Program-made: the position numbers and the translations under genes
The notes under the pieces: generated by a model
The model's database searches: none
What the model was told of the DNA's origin: nothing
What the model saw: the letters and a program-made list of their open reading frames with translations, nothing else
NCBI GenBank assembly: GCA_000320545.1
Contig: ADNK01000618.1
Location: forward strand, 62,001-126,000
DNA length: 64,000 nt
Reading direction: 5' to 3'
DNA from: Bigelowiella natans CCMP2755
Lineage: Eukaryota > Protista > Cercozoa
Part shown: in pieces, positions 26,844-40,838 of the stretch
Numbering within the stretch: the first letter of the stretch is position 1
Layout of the letters: every line of letters starts with the position of its first letter

Positions 26844-28190
26844 ATGATAACAATGGATGCTCCGAAGTACAAAACCATGTTTCCCCTAATTGACCTTGCA
26901 GTCATTAGAGGGGTCATGCAGCAGCATCGTAGAAATGTGGAAAAAGTACTGCTAACCTTGTACGAGATGACTCCAGAGAATGGCACCATATTTCCCATGA
27001 TCGAACCGGACGTCATCAACTTAATCCTTGGACAGCATGAAGGAAACGAACAAAAAATGCTGAAAACACTGTTCAATATGATTCTTGACAATGAAAGTCT
27101 ACTTGGAAAGAAACCCTTGATCGCCAAATCCGAGGCCAAAGATCTGACTTGTATGGGACAAATAAAGGGAGATGGCGAACCTGGCAATGACACCAAAAAT
27201 GACGATGTAATTGGAAAGAAACCCTTGATTGCCAAATCCGAGGCCAAAGATCTGACTTGTATGAGACAAATAAAGGGAGATGGCAAACCTCACAATGACA
27301 TCAAACATGACAATGTAATTGGAAAGAAACCCGTGATCCCTAAATCCGAGGCCAAAGATCCGACTTGTATGGGACAAATAAAGAGAGATGGCAAACCTCA
27401 CAATGACATCAAACATGACAATGTAATTGGAAAGAAACCCGTGATCCCTAAATCCGAGGCCAAAGATCCGACTTGTATGGGACAAATAAAGAGAGATGGG
27501 AAACCTGACGATGACAACCAACATGCAGCTAGTCTCATTCCGTCGGACGTTATTGATCTTGATCTCCGCATGGATCATAACGGAAATCTATACATAAAAC
27601 ATGATAAGAAGCACAAAAGCACAGATCCAGATGGAATTCTGCATAAAAGTCACGATTTCAAACACGTTGATTCGTGTGGAAAACAGCGCCAGCAAAGAAG
27701 ATCTTCATGTCGGGAAGAATCACAACCATCTCGTAGTAGATTTTCAAGCACGACTTCCATGAAAAGTACTAAGCACTCCTCGAAGAAAGCATCATACGTG
27801 CAGGAGAAAGCTTATGGAAAAATTGATGAGGTGGAAGATGACATCGTGACTTTGTGCATTCACGGTGGATCAAAAAATGTCTTCTGCTTGTTGGACAAGT
27901 GCAACTATGCAAACCCTGGAATTGGAGATCCTGTATTGGTCAATTTTGCCAGAGACACAGCTGATGAGGCCTTTCAAAAAGTCTTAGCAGTTCATAAACT
28001 TCATATCGCAAAGGGAAAGGTGAAGGGACTAGGACCTACATGTGGTTTTATCAAAGTTCCTAAAGAAGAGAAAGATGTATACTTTATGCATGACCAATGC
28101 GAAAATGGAACTCCAGATGTTGGTACGACAGTAGACGTCTTGTACATTCGCACAAAATGTAAAACTCACCGGGCAACACTTGTCTCTTGA
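26844..28190 (+). CDS. Intronless protein: 2x CUE-like, about 4x 36-aa repeat, 2x cold-shock/OB-like domains
   Basis: MFPLIDLAVIRGVMQQHRRNVEKVLLTLYEM and IFPMIEPDVINLILGQHEGNEQKMLKTLFNM (CUE FP motif). C-terminal GKVKGLGPTCGFIKVPKEEKDVYFMH resembles CSD RNP1/RNP2. Open 448-aa ORF. Confidence 0.72.
   Translation: MITMDAPKYKTMFPLIDLAVIRGVMQQHRRNVEKVLLTLYEMTPENGTIFPMIEPDVINLILGQHEGNEQKMLKTLFNMILDNESLLGKKPLIAKSEAKDLTCMGQIKGDGEPGNDTKNDDVIGKKPLIAKSEAKDLTCMRQIKGDGKPHNDIKHDNVIGKKPVIPKSEAKDPTCMGQIKRDGKPHNDIKHDNVIGKKPVIPKSEAKDPTCMGQIKRDGKPDDDNQHAASLIPSDVIDLDLRMDHNGNLYIKHDKKHKSTDPDGILHKSHDFKHVDSCGKQRQQRRSSCREESQPSRSRFSSTTSMKSTKHSSKKASYVQEKAYGKIDEVEDDIVTLCIHGGSKNVFCLLDKCNYANPGIGDPVLVNFARDTADEAFQKVLAVHKLHIAKGKVKGLGPTCGFIKVPKEEKDVYFMHDQCENGTPDVGTTVDVLYIRTKCKTHRATLVS
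27103..27507 (+). repeat. Coding minisatellite, 108-bp unit x about 3.75
   Basis: Units begin ttggaaagaaaccc at 27103, 27211, 27319 and 27427. Confidence 0.95.
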
Positions 28191-28921
28191 TAGCAAGCAA
28201 AATCAGATGATTCTGAAACTGTAACTGAGCAAAGCGGATAAAGTTGTTATTGAACATGTCACGAAATGTTGTTCCACGATAATAAATCGAGTGCAGAGAG
28301 CTTCCGTAAGATTGTAGACGTCACATACGTCACATATACAATTGTAGATGGGCACACATGCATATTGATATCAAAGCATCGGCGGAGGAATTATATTGAC
28401 ACCAAGCAACCATAGCAACTGGCATCATCCATGCTAATATGTGTCAGAGATGTGTATGTGAATCTCTTGAGAAAAGGAGCTATTTCAGCTCACAAAGATA
28501 TATTTGCCAAGCACTAAAAAAGTAGTATGTACCATCGGTATGCTTACACGCGGCACACATGTTTACACCCTTGGCATGGGATGTCCATGGTACTTTTTGT
28601 ACATTTACATCTAGACATGCGTGTGTACGCAATATTTGTTAGCTCATAGGCACATCGCTACGCGTAAACTCAGTAGCACGTATGCCAGAGATGATCTAGC
28701 AGAAGAAACAGGGGCTATTCATGATCTCTCAATCTTTTCGCGTCGTCATTTTATTCAAAATATTGCATCATCGTCACTGTCATCGGCTCCAGCAGAGAGT
28801 TATTTATTATTCGATCAGCATGCTTATGCTTGATGTGAAGAAACACATTTTATTTGTGCAGAGTATATACACAAAACATTTTATTGAAAAAATATTAATT
28901 AAAGCCTGCAATCACACATAT

Positions 28922-29239
28922 TCATGGAATCTCAGGGAGATCCATGGGTGCTACAACAGCTAAAGCACGCATCTTGCGTGTGTACATCTTTGCACATACA
29001 AATAGTACGATGCATTCCAGGGTAAGATAGGCCCCAGCTATGGAACTTTCGACGGGTATAGTTCCAAGTGATGCCAGAACAATGATCATGATGCCCCCCG
29101 CAAAGTTATACAACCAAAGGGTTGGGACAACAAAGAATACTAACAGCTCAAGTCTTTCGCTACATCTGCCGTTCTCCATCCGACTACCAACTGACATTGC
29201 GTAAGAAACTATGATGTATGTGACGATGAACAGTATCAT
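28922..29239 (-). CDS. Small multi-pass membrane protein (possibly only the last exon)
   Basis: 105-aa ORF with 3-4 hydrophobic segments, preceded by a potential tag acceptor. Upstream exons not resolved. Confidence 0.45.
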   Translation of the reverse strand: MILFIVTYIIVSYAMSVGSRMENGRCSERLELLVFFVVPTLWLYNFAGGIMIIVLASLGTIPVESSIAGAYLTLECIVLFVCAKMYTRKMRALAVVAPMDLPEIP

Positions 29240-29978
29240 CTAGTATTCTCTTTAAGGAGAGGTGCAGCGACCACCATGACGATCATCATGTGGCATCAAT
29301 GAGTCAGAAACTGATGAGTTCTGAGAGCAGCAGCAGTTGTTGTAGCAGCACCAGCAATTTCTGTTCTGATGCAGTTATCCGCATTGTCGCAGGGCCAAAA
29401 GGCCATTCACTTATTGTCTCTGTCTGTTGTCAGTATTCCTTGAACCCTTTTTCGAAATGGATCCTATTCTAGGATGGAGACAAAGCCTTTTATCTTGTCT
29501 CCCTAATTAAATAGATCCAATCTGCCTTAGGAGCACGTAAGGCTAAGACGTGGGACAGAAAGCAATACTCGCAGACAATTTGGGTAAAAACATCAGGTCG
29601 CGATGCCGATATGCCCTGCTTTTCTGACCTTCCCAAGATTCGGCAGTCGGCCCGGGTTCGAGAAGAAGCAAGCATGCCCACAATGGTGCTGGGGATAGAA
29701 TAGGGAAGGAGGGTGGGGGTGTGTGTGAGGTAACGAGTGCAGCATCATTTAGTAGGGATCAAACGGGCTTAGAACGTGGAAGATATAGTAATTTTAGGTT
29801 GGGTTCCTCACAAAACCATACTTTTCAGCACCCAAAAAAAACGATTGAGCTGTCCCGAGATGTCATTGATCAAAGGGAATCGAAGAGGCACGAATTTGCC
29901 AGCAATACATATGTGGAAGAAGAGATAAATTCTACGGATGAGAAATTACAAAAATCTTTAAATCCGCAGTTGACCAAG

Positions 29979-31677
29979 ATGTCAACAGGAAGTTCGCTTC
30001 CAACAGTGCAAGAAAGGGGTGAAGGAAGCAAAGTAGCAGAAGCGGATGATAAACGGGGGAAAATAGAGAAACAGAAGCCCTGGTGGATAAAATATTTCAG
30101 ACCACCAATCCTGCGACAGCTATGGGGCTCGGAACAAAAAGTCGATAAGATTTACCTCTCCACGTAATCTAGAATATTATATATATTTTCCTGATTGGTT
30201 ATCTCACTGACAGATCGCATGGTTTGAGCTCTTCTACGATTTGATTTATGTTGCCCTCGCCATAAATCTTTCTAGCTTTCTCAAGGAGAACAAAGATCTT
30301 CAGGGTGTGTTCACCGCCTTTCTTTACTTCGTCCAACTTTTCTACGCGTGGAATTCGCTCACGATGTTCGTGAGTCGATTTCTCACGAGGGATATGTACG
30401 GGACCTTCTTTAAATTTCTATACTCTTCTGCAGTCTTATTCATGAATGTTTTTGTCTTGGATGGGCTTGATGCGAGTCAGAACTTTTCCATTGGTGCAGC
30501 TGTATCAAGAGCTTGCTTGGTGATGCTGTACGCACAAGTATACTTTCTCGTACCACGGGCTTCCAAGTTCGCAAAAGCAGCAATTGTTGGAAATGCTGTC
30601 TCGACGTGCCTATTTGTTATAGCTGGCTTTACCCAGGTGGCTGCTACAATTCTTTTATGGCTTATCGCCGTGGGACCTGTGGAAGTGATTTGGGTGTGGT
30701 ATACGTATCGAACAACCCAGGCTAGCATTCCTGTCAATGTGGAGCACATTTCCGAGAGGTGTTGGGTCATTTTTGCCACATATATTCTAATAAAACAACA
30801 TGATGAATGTAACTGTACAGTTTTCATCGTGACTTATGCCAAGTCTCTCGCATTGGTACATGTTGTAGGTGTCTCTAATAACATATGCTCTTTTTCCATC
30901 AATGACAGATACGGGCTCTTCATTATGTTGATGCATGGTGAATCGATTATCGCAATCGGAACGGATACAAGTGTGAATACTACCGATGATTTCATCATAG
31001 TTTTCTGGGGCTTTGTAATTGTGTTTGCGATGCATTTCCTCTACTATGGATCCCTTCCTAAGGAACCTGAGGAGCATGCTTTGCGGATCAGTGCAAATCG
31101 TGGGAGGACATTCGTCTACGCTCACATATTTACCGGATTTTCTCTCATTGCTCTAGGAACAGCTATATCTGAGCTAAAAAAGGCAGTGGACGCTGGGAAA
31201 AATAAAGGGAAAAGGAGTAGTTTCAACCTCTTTGCCCTCTCTGTGGTACTATTCCTGATCTCATGCAACGTGATTCGAGTCACGCACAATTTCCCAAAGC
31301 GCAGCTTACCAGTTTGGGTGTTCCGGAAGATGGTCCTAGTAGTGATGATCGTTCTCCCTTTCGTTGCATCGAGTCAGTTTGAGCCAGAGGGAATCGTCCG
31401 AGTCTACGCCATACTCATGGTAGTGCTTGTGAACGTGGAAGCCATTGGATCCAATCACGAGGAGGAGGAGAGCAATGAAGAAATCACTCACTTGAACCAG
31501 CTTCCTCTGCCCCCGAAAGAATTGAAGGTGCAAGATTTGAAAACCGTGGATCTAGAGGATCAGACATATCGTGGGAAATCCATCGATGAAACAGGGTCTC
31601 GATATTTTAGACCGCCCCTGAAGAGGCAAGGAGGACACGCTAAAATTGGATCATCAGCAGATCTTTGCTATCTATGA
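29979..31677 (+). CDS. Low temperature requirement A (LtrA) family membrane protein
   Basis: IAWFELFYDLIYV and HISER|YGLFIMLMHGESII motifs; many TM helices; introns at about 30141-30213 and about 30760-30909. Confidence 0.85.
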
Positions 31678-31884
31678 GCAGCAGGCCGTGCTGACGAAAA
31701 CTGATAAACTCTATCGCCCCAGTTCGTCGAAAACATACAATCGCTTGATGCTGATGTATAATAATAATAGGCCGAGGCTTCGCATCGAATCAGGGACTTT
31801 TTGGTTCTAGGTAATTATTTATGGCTGCTACAGAGCATACGAACAACACATTCTCTGCCTTAGCGCACGCCTCTGCGCAGTTCT

Positions 31885-32173
31885 ATGACGACGGATGTAT
31901 GCAATATAGGGACTGATGAATGTATAAATGACTGCAGTCTTTTCAATGGTCATCCTAGCTGATGTAGCTGTGTGCAGCAGCGGCGTTAGATTACATTACT
32001 TAGCTGGCTCTATACAATGCATCCAAAGTGCGCTTTCGCATCTTGGCAGAAACATGTAAACAGGCACAACCTAATAAGCGCTGTAGCCGCAGCTTTGCAC
32101 AGCTACATTAGGATATAAGGATGACCATTGGAAAGATTTCTAGATTTAATCAATTCATTACATCCGTCTCATA
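31885..32173. mobile_element. Short inverted-repeat (MITE-like) element, copy A
   Basis: Left arm gacggatgta...cttttcaatggtcatcct...atgtagctgtg. Right arm is the reverse complement: cacagctacattaggat...gaccattggaaaga...cattacatccgtctc. Confidence 0.7.
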
Positions 32174-32747
32174 CAATGCATCCAAGTAAGTACTTCGTCG
32201 CGTCGCATCATGTCCGTGTGTCGTCGTGCGCACAGCTAGCGTCCATCACGGTAGTAGAATGCATGCGCGACTGAGAAACGTGCGGCGGAGATACAACAGC
32301 AGCCATGTTATATATACGCAGCGTCACATAGAGCTAGCTACATGTACTCACAAGATGACTTCCAACGTAACGCATTAATAGTGTGCAACTTCTTGCTCAT
32401 AGCATAGCGCGCGCACTGCTGCACATCTAAAATGCTAAGTGCTTTATTTGTGCACTGCCAGCTAGGCAACAGTACACACGCGCACGCTACATCAGGATGA
32501 CTATTGATCAAGTTTAAATTAATCATTGCACCCATCTCACACGCGCACGCACTACTTTATATACAGCCATAAATGTACATTGGTATACATGTATACATCT
32601 AGACATCCGATACATGCGTACATGCACATGTGATTTCAGCTCATGCAAATGATGTAGAAATCTTATTAAAATCACAACGTTAGGGACAATCGTACATGCT
32701 TAAAGAATCTATGCCTCCTGGCTTCATTTTAGTGGTCCTCCTGTATG

Positions 32748-34333
32748 TTATTCTTTCTTCTCAGCTTCTTCTTTATCTTTTGCCTCCTTGTCACCCTAAA
32801 GAGAGAAAAAACAACGATTGATCTTTGAATACCTGTAATAGATAATCTTTCAAGCGTTTCTAATGTTTAATGTCAGACCTCTGGTTCTTCTTCCTTTTTA
32901 CCCTCTTCTTCATCCTTTTTACCCTCTTCTTGATCTTTTTCCTCCGTTTTTTCCTTATCTTCCTTTGCCTTCTCTTCATTCTCCTTCTTCTTTTCCTACA
33001 GTTTAGCACCGTAATTAAATTGGGTCGTTGCGGAGAAAAAAGTATGATAATTTATTCAGTGGATATTGTTTAAAACTCTTCATATTACCGCATCAAGAGA
33101 CAACTTTTCACCGAGAGTCTTGCGAAGCTGAGCGTTGTGACTGAAAAGAACAAATGTTACCGGGGTAATACTTTCGGATGATAAATTCTTCATCTAGCGA
33201 CTTTTTGATTAACGTAACGTCATCCTTGTGCCTTTCAGTCATTAGCATGGTTTCGTCTTCAGCCTAGGTGAGATTTGAGAAATTGCATGAATCATGAAAA
33301 AAGAAAAAGATTGATGTAATATAAATGCGTACTCTTTTGGTCATAGCGTTCACACGATCCACTTGGTTCTGTATTTTCGCTTCGAGATCTGCACACTAGT
33401 TTATGGACGAAAAGGTACATACAATGAGATATTCAGTGTGAATGTATAGGCAGTATCGTGCATCCTACCTCTCTCTCTAAACGTGAGATTGTATCTTCGT
33501 TGTCCTTTTGCGTTTGTCTCTGGCACAAGGCACTTCGCATGCCATACGCAATGCTACTCTCATACCTACACCAAATTCACCCGATTTTCATCAGAATATT
33601 GTTCGGAGAAAAACACAGAAAAGGAACTCACAATGTTTGAAAAGTGGCCATTTCCATTCTAAGCTCCTCACGAACTCGCAGCAGCAACAATCCTCTTTCA
33701 GCACAGTTGACCGTCACCTTAGTGTTGAGGGCAAAAACTTTCGTTAGACAAAATAAGGAGGAGAACAAAGTAGGATGACCAAGCCTGACCTGTCTAATAA
33801 CTTCATCGAAAGCTTGTGAGTAGAGCTCTTCCCGGATCGGACAGAGACCAGTCTCTCTAGCTTGTTTTTGTTGGAGCTTTGTATCCAGGTTTTTTTGGAG
33901 CAGAAGGACATCCTAGTTGACGAAGGAAGAGCAGATATCATTCGACGAATATTTCAATACCGTGAGTAATGCAACGAACCTTCTTTGTGGAGGGAGCTGA
34001 AGAAACATACTGAACCCACAACTGGCCCTGATCTGTCCACTCACGAGGTGGCAAGATTGAGTTCAAGATGTCTTCCGTAGGCGTCAATTTATTCTGTAAA
34101 TATGGAAGAATCAGTGTCTCCCAAACAATGTAAATTGGAAAAAGCAAGTTGTAATGCAAGATTATTCGGAAGCGGAAAATTGGGAATGATTCTAATTCTT
34201 ATTTTTCAAAATACTCGTACTAGCAAGCTACAAGCTGCACTGAGCATGCTACCTTTTTGGTATCCCCCTTCTTTGTAGTTGAGAGTTGGATAGGATTGTT
34301 ATATTTAACAAGACAGTGATTGGCGGGCAACAT
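32748..34333 (-). CDS. DNALI1: Axonemal inner-arm dynein light intermediate chain p28
   Basis: LVKYNNP, TEDILNSILPPREWTDQGQLWVQYVSSAP, LQQKQARETGLCPIREELYSQAFDELLRQVTVNCAERGLLLLRVREE; Glu/Lys-rich C-terminal extension. Confidence 0.95.
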
Positions 34334-35282
34334 GGTGAGTAAGCAGCCGCTGAAAACAAATTATTGAGTTAAAATAACTTGAATGAGTTATCAGCTGTCG
34401 GCCAACAAAACGATGAAAGATCTATGAGAAACACACAGCTTCCTCTTTGTTACGAGATATGGTCTTCCAATATTTGATTATAACATGCATCTGGATTTTA
34501 ATATCCACGTTTTGAAGCTTTCATCTTCTCTGGAAAACACGCTTCATTGAAAATTAATTTTCTCCCAATCGTTTATCTGTGCGAGATGAGGTAGTACTCA
34601 TTCTACAGTGTTCATATATTGCATGTAGGAATTCTTCCTAACCAACTCATTATTCCTCTGTTATTTAAATGAGTCCCCAGTGGAGGGAAAGGGGGAAAGC
34701 TAGGGTGGAATTCCGGGAGGGGCGTTACCAGGGGGCGTTTCCTTGGGCTCAGAGCAGGGATTCGATGCCGAGAAGACAGTTTGGAAACTGACTGATCCTA
34801 CATGTCTTCCAGGATAAATAGAGGCGGTTTTTAATTTCACGTGTAAATTCTTCTTGCGACACCGAAAATATCCAGTCGCTGCGAGCAATTGAATATCTCG
34901 ACATGGAAATGTCTCACAGAGATACTCGTAGATAATTACTGTTCGTTGTGTTTGCTGTTGTCTTGCGGGTCAAGCCCCTTTGCATGTAAATCATCTTTTT
35001 ATGATGTTATCCCGATGATTTTCAGCCCAAAACACTCATTTTTCGTTGACAATAGCACGAGTGTGACAGGGAGCTGGTTACCTCGACTTTGTTCCCCATC
35101 TCCATCTTCCACTCCCCTACACAACATAGATCCACTTGAAATAGATTCATTGGGAGTTGCTATACCCAAAACAAGCAAGCTAAACTTCTGTTCCCTCTTT
35201 TACACTTTGGGAGAGACAACTTTGAGTTTTTGAGGAAACGCTGGAAGAAGTAATTGAAGAAAGAGGGCACTTCAGGAGGAGC

Positions 35283-36857
35283 ATGCTCACAATCCGAGGT
35301 CAAAGTATCTCCAAACAAACCTTTAACCCTTTGCCTTAGATGTATTTGATGACAGTTGAGGAGGCAAGAGGCTTGATTGCTGCTGACCAAAACGGTGAGG
35401 CTCCGATAGAAACCTAGATTTGTGCTTTTTGTCTCTAAATGCTGCTGCTACTACTCTTCCGGTCACTCAGGTTTCAGCGACCCATATTGCAAGTTTCAGT
35501 TCAAGAAAACTAAGTACCGCACTCGGACGGAGAGAAAGACCCTATTTCCAAAATGGAACAAGCAGTTCGAAATGTAGTTGCGCAACATAAGGGAAAATTG
35601 GATGTTCTACTCATGCTTTGCTAAGATTCTTTGTATTGCATTTCCAGATTGAAAGTTAAAGACGAGGATTTGGACACAGAGATCCGAATTGAGGTGTTGA
35701 CAAATCGAGCCTAGTTTTCGTCGCTATTTCCTGTGTACATATTAGGCTAGGATGACACTCTCTTTGGAAAGAGTCGAATACAGTAAGTAGGCTGTAACAA
35801 CGCTTTCCGAACCTTTCAATCATCAGGTTTACGATGAGGATCTCGTAGGAAAGAATGATTTCTTGGGCCAGCATATCTTCAAACTCTCTACTCTTCGCTT
35901 GGTCCCAACTTAATCTTTTATCATCTTTACTTACCCGCGGAAATTTCCAAACCTTATTGCCGACTATGACCCTTGATGCATCACCATTTCCAGGGAGCAA
36001 CCTCAGGATGGTTTGATCTGCAAAATAAAGGTACTAGTGAAGGCCTATCGTTTGGCAGGAATTGGGAGGGAGGGTGGAGGGAAGATAAAATGCTCATTGT
36101 CTCCTCTTGTCAGCAAACAAAACTGACGAGTTGCGCGGACAGATTCGTGTGAAGGTACAATGCATAGGCATTCTCAAAATCACGTATTCTTAATAATTTT
36201 CAAAGCTTTGGTCACAACATAATTTTAGACATATTTTCTTCATAAGAGTATGTATTTTTTCGTGGCGGAACTGTCGGTGTTATAAATCATGATATCGTTC
36301 AGATTGAAGGACAAACATCTCTTTAAATTGACTATCAGCAAGTTTGACTTCTATTCACCAACCACAGATGATCTACGAAGATTTGAATACGAACCAAATG
36401 TCGCAGTCAAATGCAGCTTTCAGGGTCATTATCATTATCACCACCATTAACACAAGATACAGCATATTCATATAAAATATCACGCACCTGTCTGATAATC
36501 CAATACGAAATGCGCATATATGGTGCGCTAATTTGCATAACGGACAATACTAGCATCCTTCCGCTTACATCCTCTTTTGTCTTTCGACAATATACCAAAA
36601 TTAAATTCATCGCCTATATTTAATCAGTGCTAATATAACCGACAATTCAGTTCCTAGAAATAGCGACTTTTATCGTGGATGAAATCGCCGGTCGTGGTGA
36701 CTATCTGAATAATCTCATTTTGATGTGTGTTGGAAAGGCGCTTGACGATGAAGAAGAGAAGGAATACAAGTCCAAAAACAATTATCTCGATGTATTGATT
36801 ATTTCACATAGTTGGGCGTGCTCAAACTATTTTCACATGCCAACCACACAATACGCA

Positions 36858-36892
<35 letters not shown>

Positions 36893-36894
36893 AT

Positions 36895-36933
<39 letters not shown>

Positions 36934-37507
36934 TAAGTTTTTAATACCCGTGTACGATAATTGTAATGAGAGAAGCAATCAGAGAGAACTTGCCAATGCT
37001 TGCTCACTTACTAATACGGTTTAAGTCGTCACTTTTACGATGATGATGATGATGATGATGATGATAACTGATGTTGTTTAGGTCTTCATCGGCACCTGGA
37101 ACGTTGGAAATGCTCCCCCGCCACCTGACCTGTCTCCTTGGATTCCGAAAGACGAGAAGTATTCGCTATATGTTATCGGGACCCAGGAGTGCAAGTCAGT
37201 TGTTAACAGTGATGATGCATAATAACAACCACGTTGCTATTATTTAGTGTTCCATTGAAAAAGATGATGATGATGATGATTGCTACATACATATCATCTA
37301 TCCTAACGTCTCTGTAAAACCCCGAAAGTTTTAACAATTCTTTTCACATTTTTCTTCCTTTTTCTCTTCTTCTTTTTTATTCTTTCTTCCTCCACTCGCA
37401 GGTATAAATTCCGTGAGCCGTATGACAGTTGTGCAGATGACTGGAAGGGAACGCTCGTTACGCATTTCGTAATACCCGATCTCTCTTCCCCCGCTCACTC
37501 CCCCCTC

Positions 37508-37549
<42 letters not shown>

Positions 37550-39438
37550 CCAATATCCTTCTTCCATCTCTCCCTCTTTCTCGCTCACTCAGAATCTTCA
37601 AATGACATTAATCATCAATCTTCCTTTTCCTTTTGCCGCCGCCGTTGATCATCAAATTCTTCGCTCCATCGTTCGTAGGGTCCTAGTTACTGTGTCTTGA
37701 AGCAACGAAGCCTTGGCCAAATGAGAATTATTGTCTTTTGCAAGTAAGTGTCGGTCTTTGTCATGGCTAAATATTTGATTGATCATGGCTATGAACAATG
37801 CCGTTTAGATGATGATGATGCGTATGTTTGTTCCTGCGTTGAATTTTGTAACCTATGATATGCACAATACAATACACATTCACATTCACACTTACTCGCA
37901 CTCACGAATAGAGAGGAAGATAGATAGAGAGAGGGAGGGGGGAGAGAGAACGACCAGCTCACAGGCATTAATATTCCTACACTTTAGGCGGGCAGACCAA
38001 ACGAAGTTCATGAATTTTGAAACCGCGACAGAGGCCACAGGCATAGGCCACGTTATGTCCAACAAAGGTACAAAGGGGGGGAGATGGAAGTCTGTAAACC
38101 GATTTGATACCGTATGATTTTGAAGGTTTAAACAAATATGTATCTTCCGTATAGGTGGCGTTGCGATCTCTCTCACGTAATATCAACTGAAATTAGCCCA
38201 TGGATGAATTCCTTAAGAAAAGGGGGGAAAAGAAGAAGATGATGATTAAGGACAAGGAGAAGAAGAAGATGATGACACGAAAGATCATGCAAGCCTGCAA
38301 TAGAATGATGATTACTATTTCTGTAACCCTCGATGATAGTGCACATTAACGTTGGAAGCAAGCCTATCATTCACGTCATCATCCTTCATCTACCAGCTAG
38401 CAGCCTTACAATAATGACACCTAGCAGTGCTGATTCGGGCACCGATCTTGGTATTTCTTGACAAGTGTGCTTCCTTTTTTTCAGGTACATGGATACGGAT
38501 ATCTGCTTCATCAATGCACACCTAGCAGCTCATCAGCATAAGGTGGTGGACCGAGAAATACATGCATTCATAATACACCATACACAAAATAAACTTACGA
38601 GTCTAGTCTATTTATCTGATTCCTCATACTAACTCCTTTTACTGATTTCTTCTCCCCTCCTCTCTTCCGCTTCCTTCCTCCTCTACAACTATGCTTGGTG
38701 CTGAATAAACCACAGACAGCACGACGTAACTCCGACGTGCAAGAAATCATAAATGGTACGTATCGTGAACTAACTGACAGGAAATAGCAAATGAGAAATT
38801 AAGTGATGAGAGTTTTCTCTCTCCCTCACTCCCTCCCTCCCTCCCCCTCTCTCTCCCTCTTCACAGGGATCTCAAGAACTCTGGGCAAGTTTAAGGCAGA
38901 CATCATGTGTCAATTCGACCACGTCATCTTTATGGGAGATCTCAACTATCGCTTAGATTATGGTTGGAAGGACAATGATATTTTATGATGCCGACGATTC
39001 AGTGATGATTTCCGACAACTTCTTTAAACTCATACTTAAGACCGAATCACTTGTGTTTGAACAAAATTCGTTGATATTAAATATTTTGAATTCTGCTTGA
39101 TGTTTTCTGCTTTGTGTTCGTCTCCTCTTTCTCTCCCTCCCCCTCAGGCGACCAGGGAGAGGAAAAGAAGCCAACCAAGGAACAATTTGACAATATGGTG
39201 AAAAAGGTCGTCTTGTTTCTTCCTCTGCTAAATACTTTAATAAATAAAAAGATAATTAAATAAATAAAAACGTCTTTTTATTGTGATGGAGGTTACTGTG
39301 AGGGAACGTTCACACTTCTTTACTGTAAATATGATCTGCTACTGCTGCTACTGCTGCTGCTGCTTCTGCATTCGAAATAATAATGACTGCGATATTCATC
39401 ATAGTAGTGTGAATTCTCATATTATTAACAGCACCAGT

Positions 39439-39472
<34 letters not shown>

Positions 39473-39946
39473 CCTCTGTGCCTACTCCTGATGTATCATG
39501 ATTACTTGTTTTGCTATCAACACTAATGCCATCCATTGTTCCTATCTGATGCCAGATTGAGAACGAGAAGTACGACGTGTTATTTTCCTGCGATCAACTC
39601 AGCACGGAAATGAGGAAGGTGTGTGTAAGGGGGCGAGGGGGGGTATTGTTTTGGATCTCTTCTTCTTCTTCCTCTTCTCTTTCTTCTTTTGTTTCTTGTG
39701 ACTATACTTCTTAAGTTATCCCATTACAAAGCATTATCCTATAAAATATCGTGATTGCTTGTATAACATGCTCCTGCTACTGCTGCTCGGTTGTTCACCT
39801 TCCAAATACAGGGCCGCGTGCTGTGCGGATTCAAAGAGGGCAGTTACCACTTCCCACCAACCTTTAAAGTACTGCGACAGAAGGAGCTCGCTTACACGGA
39901 GGAACGCTCTCCATCATGGTGAGAAAGGATTCCTATAATTATGCAT

Positions 39947-39988
<42 letters not shown>

Positions 39989-40257
39989 ACTGACATTGAT
40001 TGATAATTTTTACTCAAACAAAGGTGTGATCGAATCTTGTGGCATTCATTGACGAAGGAATATGTGCAGCAGGTTAAGTTGTAGTTGTCTAAGTATTTGT
40101 GGTGATAAATACGGTGCGGTGGTGCTCGTACACCTCGCATTCAATATTTATATCTTGCTCTGATTATTATCTCCATAGTTGTCTTTGAAGCCAGCTATGG
40201 ATATTGCCACGTCGGATCACAAGCCAGTATCTGCGGTATGCTTTCTTAACTGCTGTG

Positions 40258-40297
<40 letters not shown>

Positions 40298-40786
40298 TTA
40301 TTATGTGTGTCATATTGTGCTAGTGGATGCGATTCATTGCTGATAGAACTAGTAGGTTTATGTATCAGTATGCATTGACTGTTGACACACTGCTGTTATT
40401 ATTTATTCGCAGGTGCTACGACTACCTACCTACAACCTTCCAGGTCTCACTCGATCGACAGTGGCCTCCGTGAAAATTGGCCTCGATCAGGTTGAAATGA
40501 ATAAACAATAGCAACATAACAGATAACAATCACTACGACAAGGTACTACAAGTCTGTTTTGTAGCGACACCTACTGCAGTTGCTCTTTCGAGACTTCTGC
40601 ACTTATCTTCTCCTTTTCTATCTCCGAGCAGCTTATGAATGCCTCCCTTCTCTCCTTTTCATCAGGTCAAATGCTTCCGTCTACCCCCCATGGACCAGCA
40701 TGGGTCGCTAGGAGAGACGACGATAACGATAATGATGATGATAATGATGTGGAAGATGATAGGCAACCTAAACGCACGCACACACA

Positions 40787-40838
<52 letters not shown>

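Noticed and set aside
27103-27507. Regularly spaced repeats resembling a CRISPR array
   Set aside because: The units are contiguous in-frame 108-bp coding repeats with no unique spacers, in a eukaryotic context.
26795-27578. Minus-strand ORFs of 163 and 159 aa
   Set aside because: Antisense shadows of the repeat-containing plus-strand ORF.
30760-30909. Part of the 478-aa ORF (CWVIFATY...SINDR)
   Set aside because: An in-frame GT-AG intron interrupting the conserved HISER-YGLF motif.
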